Assembly (NCBI GenBank): GCA_035583355.1
Contig: DATEZQ010000001.1
Coordinates: 10,566 to 74,565, forward strand
Source: Minisyncoccota bacterium
GTDB taxonomy: Bacteria; Patescibacteriota; Minisyncoccia; Phycocordibacterales; UBA6899
Reading direction: 5' to 3'
Length of the DNA: 64,000 nucleotides
Below, in pieces: positions 63,447 to 64,000 of the stretch. How positions within the stretch are numbered: position 1 is the stretch's first letter; each line of letters begins with the position of its first letter. The translations under genes and the position numbers were made by a program. The notes under the pieces were generated by a model. The model had not been told where the DNA came from. It made no database searches and saw nothing but the letters and a program-made list of their open reading frames with translations.

Positions 63447-64000
63447 ATGATGATGAATAGACGTGCGGTATATGTATCTCTCATAGTGCTTGTGCTTGGA
63501 ATCCTCATTTTCTCTTGGTACAAAAATACAAATAACGTGGAGGAGACATTACCGCCTCCTGTTGTTGATGCTGGGACAAATGTTAACCTTGGCCTAGACA
63601 TACGAAATGGTACGTATGTTTTTGATGGAAGGCCAGTGAAACTTGTACAGGGTACGATGAGTGAGCAAGTTGCTCCAGGTTCAGCATCTTTCATTACGAC
63701 GAAGTTTTTTGGCAATGAAACTTATGCCGACTTGAACAATGATGGAAAACAAGATGCTGTATTTTTCCTTACACAAGAACAAGGGGGATCGGGAACATTC
63801 TACTATGTTGCGGTAGCACTTGCGGCAAGAGATGGCCTGAGAGGTTCAGAAGCGTACTTCGTTGGTGATCGTATCGCTCCACAGTCTATTACAGTAAATG
63901 AACGTGGGATTATCCTCGTGAATTACGCAGATCGAGGCAAGGGGCAGTCATTTGCTGAGGCTCCAACGGAAGGAAAGACTCTTCGCCTCAAACTTGATAT
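63447..64000 (+). CDS. 5' portion of a CDS running off the window; membrane-anchored/secreted hypothetical protein
   Basis: Manual translation MMMNRRAVYVSLIVLVLGILIF..., with no stop up to base 64000. It is absent from the ORF track because it is truncated. Confidence 0.5.
   Translation, partial: MMMNRRAVYVSLIVLVLGILIFSWYKNTNNVEETLPPPVVDAGTNVNLGLDIRNGTYVFDGRPVKLVQGTMSEQVAPGSASFITTKFFGNETYADLNNDGKQDAVFFLTQEQGGSGTFYYVAVALAARDGLRGSEAYFVGDRIAPQSITVNERGIILVNYADRGKGQSFAEAPTEGKTLRLKLD

Noticed and set aside
63374-63715. 113-aa minus-strand ORF
   Set aside because: It is antisense to the well-formed plus-strand gene starting at 63447, which has a signal/TM segment and runs open to the window end.

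Overview
This 64 kb window is a gene-dense bacterial chromosomal segment (~48-50% GC) dominated by housekeeping genes. It has the gene content of a small-genome bacterium and could be CPR/Patescibacteria-like, but I cannot establish that from sequence alone. Recognisable content: (1) a sensor kinase, GNAT acetyltransferase, PfkB kinase, class I FBA, short-form ProRS; (2) the mreB-mreC-mreD-PBP2 cluster, GreA, LysRS and ClpX; (3) a dcw-type cluster (mraZ-rsmH-ftsL-ftsI-murF) preceded by a GTGGGA repeat array of the kind MraZ binds; (4) RibA, two tandem sulfatase-family paralogs, and a MacAB-like tripartite efflux operon whose ATPase carries an N-terminal YHS/TRASH metal-binding domain; (5) pyruvate kinase, a HAD hydrolase, a GatB/YqeY protein, two tandem degenerate-GGDEF paralogs, a P-type ATPase, RmuC, RecR and DnaB with DnaA-box-like sites upstream; (6) L21, an MFS transporter, HIT, SDR, NadE and a type IV pilin; (7) an ECF sigma factor / membrane protein / Met-Gly-rich secreted protein module followed by rhodanese, a thioredoxin-like protein and TrxB; (8) a DedA-family protein. 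Two tRNA genes are present: tRNA-Glu(CUC) on the minus strand at 30270-30341 and tRNA-Gln(UUG) on the plus strand at 52597-52667. Both tRNA loci share an unusual architecture. In each, a ~45-bp inverted repeat fuses the tRNA 3' end to a terminator hairpin. Beyond the repeat lies a conserved ~160-300 nt element with compensatory base changes, whose termini copy the T-stem and acceptor sequence of its own neighbouring tRNA. Partial 5' tRNA duplications sit upstream of each tRNA. Next to the tRNA-Gln locus is an AT-rich island encoding a 588-aa protein with a Schlafen/AlbA_2-like domain, followed by small membrane proteins and a SLOG/DprA-like two-gene operon. I regard this tRNA-linked structured-element and island region as the most likely novel biology in the window. 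Other notable features are several long perfect palindromes, a dispersed 'AGCTTTGCT' hairpin-apex motif, and three identical ACTGTGGATAAC 12-mers. No rRNA genes, CRISPR arrays, transposases or integrases were seen.
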